Of a stretch of 64,000 nt of DNA, positions 63,543 to 64,000 are shown piece by piece; position 1 is the first letter of the stretch; each line of letters starts with the position of its first letter. The stretch lies in the IMG/VR virus record IMGVR_UViG_3300042731_009106, positions 75,274 to 139,273 of that record. The stretch is one strand, 5' to 3'. The DNA comes from a virus. The notes under the pieces are model-generated. The model saw only the letters and a list, made by a program, of their open reading frames with translations. It was not told where the DNA came from and did not search any database. Made by a program: the position numbers and the translations under genes.

Positions 63543-64000
63543 ATGAAAGAAATAATAGGAGACGATTACCCAACTTACGAAGATTCAGTAAATGCCACTC
63601 TTGCAGAAAAACAACAAGAGGATGCTTATACTTATTTAAAAGAAGTTGAAGATAAAATTCACAAAGATAACTTAGAGAGATTACTCAAAGAAAATCTTGA
63701 GCTTAGACATCGTTTGTCTTGCATTGCTGATGATATTGAAATTATTGATAGGCATATCCAAAATAATTGCAACAAAAGATTCAAAAGACCAAGTTTAAAT
63801 AAAGATGGTAGCACATTTGCAGACCAAGCATGGCACAATGTTACTAATATACAAATTGCTTGTGATTTAAATGATGACGAACCAATGGAGTGGGGTAGTA
63901 AAGTTAAGCATGAAGCACAACTTGACAATTTAAATAAAGATTTAGGTGAAGACTCTGTTTTTCAAGGTCATTTAAAACACATGGAATCAGTCGATGAGTA
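63543..64000 (+). CDS. 3'-truncated hypothetical protein (not in the ORF track)
   Basis: MKEIIGDDYPTYEDSVN... is open to the window end. Confidence 0.65.
   Translation, partial: MKEIIGDDYPTYEDSVNATLAEKQQEDAYTYLKEVEDKIHKDNLERLLKENLELRHRLSCIADDIEIIDRHIQNNCNKRFKRPSLNKDGSTFADQAWHNVTNIQIACDLNDDEPMEWGSKVKHEAQLDNLNKDLGEDSVFQGHLKHMESVDE

Noticed and set aside
308-63928. Short antisense or alternate-frame ORFs in the track (e.g. 308-586, 1085-1445, 8320-8520, 9652-9930, 14901-15098, 21458-21679, 37358-37594, 44119-44367, 57339-57665, 63659-63928)
   Set aside because: They lie wholly within better-supported genes, lack promoters or motifs, and are typical shadow ORFs.
1-64000. Stop-codon reassignment (as in some large phages)
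   Set aside because: Conserved genes are full length in the standard code, and TAA, TAG and TGA all terminate well-supported ORFs (e.g. clpC TAG, dnaB TGA, dnaE TAA).

Overview
AT-rich, gene-dense segment of a large tailed dsDNA phage; this is inferred from gene content, as no capsid or terminase gene is in view. Layout: (i) 1-13 kb replication block with DnaB helicase, primase, a RecB/Cas4-like exonuclease and a DnaE-type polymerase split into separate PHP, DEDDh-exonuclease and catalytic genes, followed by a ClpA/ClpC-type unfoldase; (ii) a complete tmRNA (14402-14765) with a 20-codon basic tag ending ELALAA; (iii) 15-26 kb nucleotide metabolism, nucleases, a porin-like protein, methyltransferases, a sigma factor and pyrophosphatase; (iv) 26-40 kb and 44-52 kb of glycosyltransferase, sulfotransferase and glycan-tailoring genes (six intact sulfotransferases plus one degenerate copy), with an ATE/Bpt-like aminoacyl transferase inside; (v) tRNA-Thr(UGU) between two HNH endonuclease genes; (vi) 53-64 kb UvsE, a macrodomain and many small acidic ORFs. 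Two promoter classes are visible: sigma70-type TTGAC-N17-TAnnnT placed about 35 nt before the start codon (leaderless mRNAs), and a GTGTA(W)n motif 9-13 nt before start codons. An ECF sigma of apparent Planctomycetes/Verrucomicrobia type hints at a PVC host. Best candidates for new biology: a possible phage-encoded degron-writing and proteolysis set (tmRNA + ClpC + ATE/Bpt), a UvsE paralogue with all seven aligned metal-ligand positions substituted, and the sulfated-glycan array. All family calls are by motif recognition; no database search was run.
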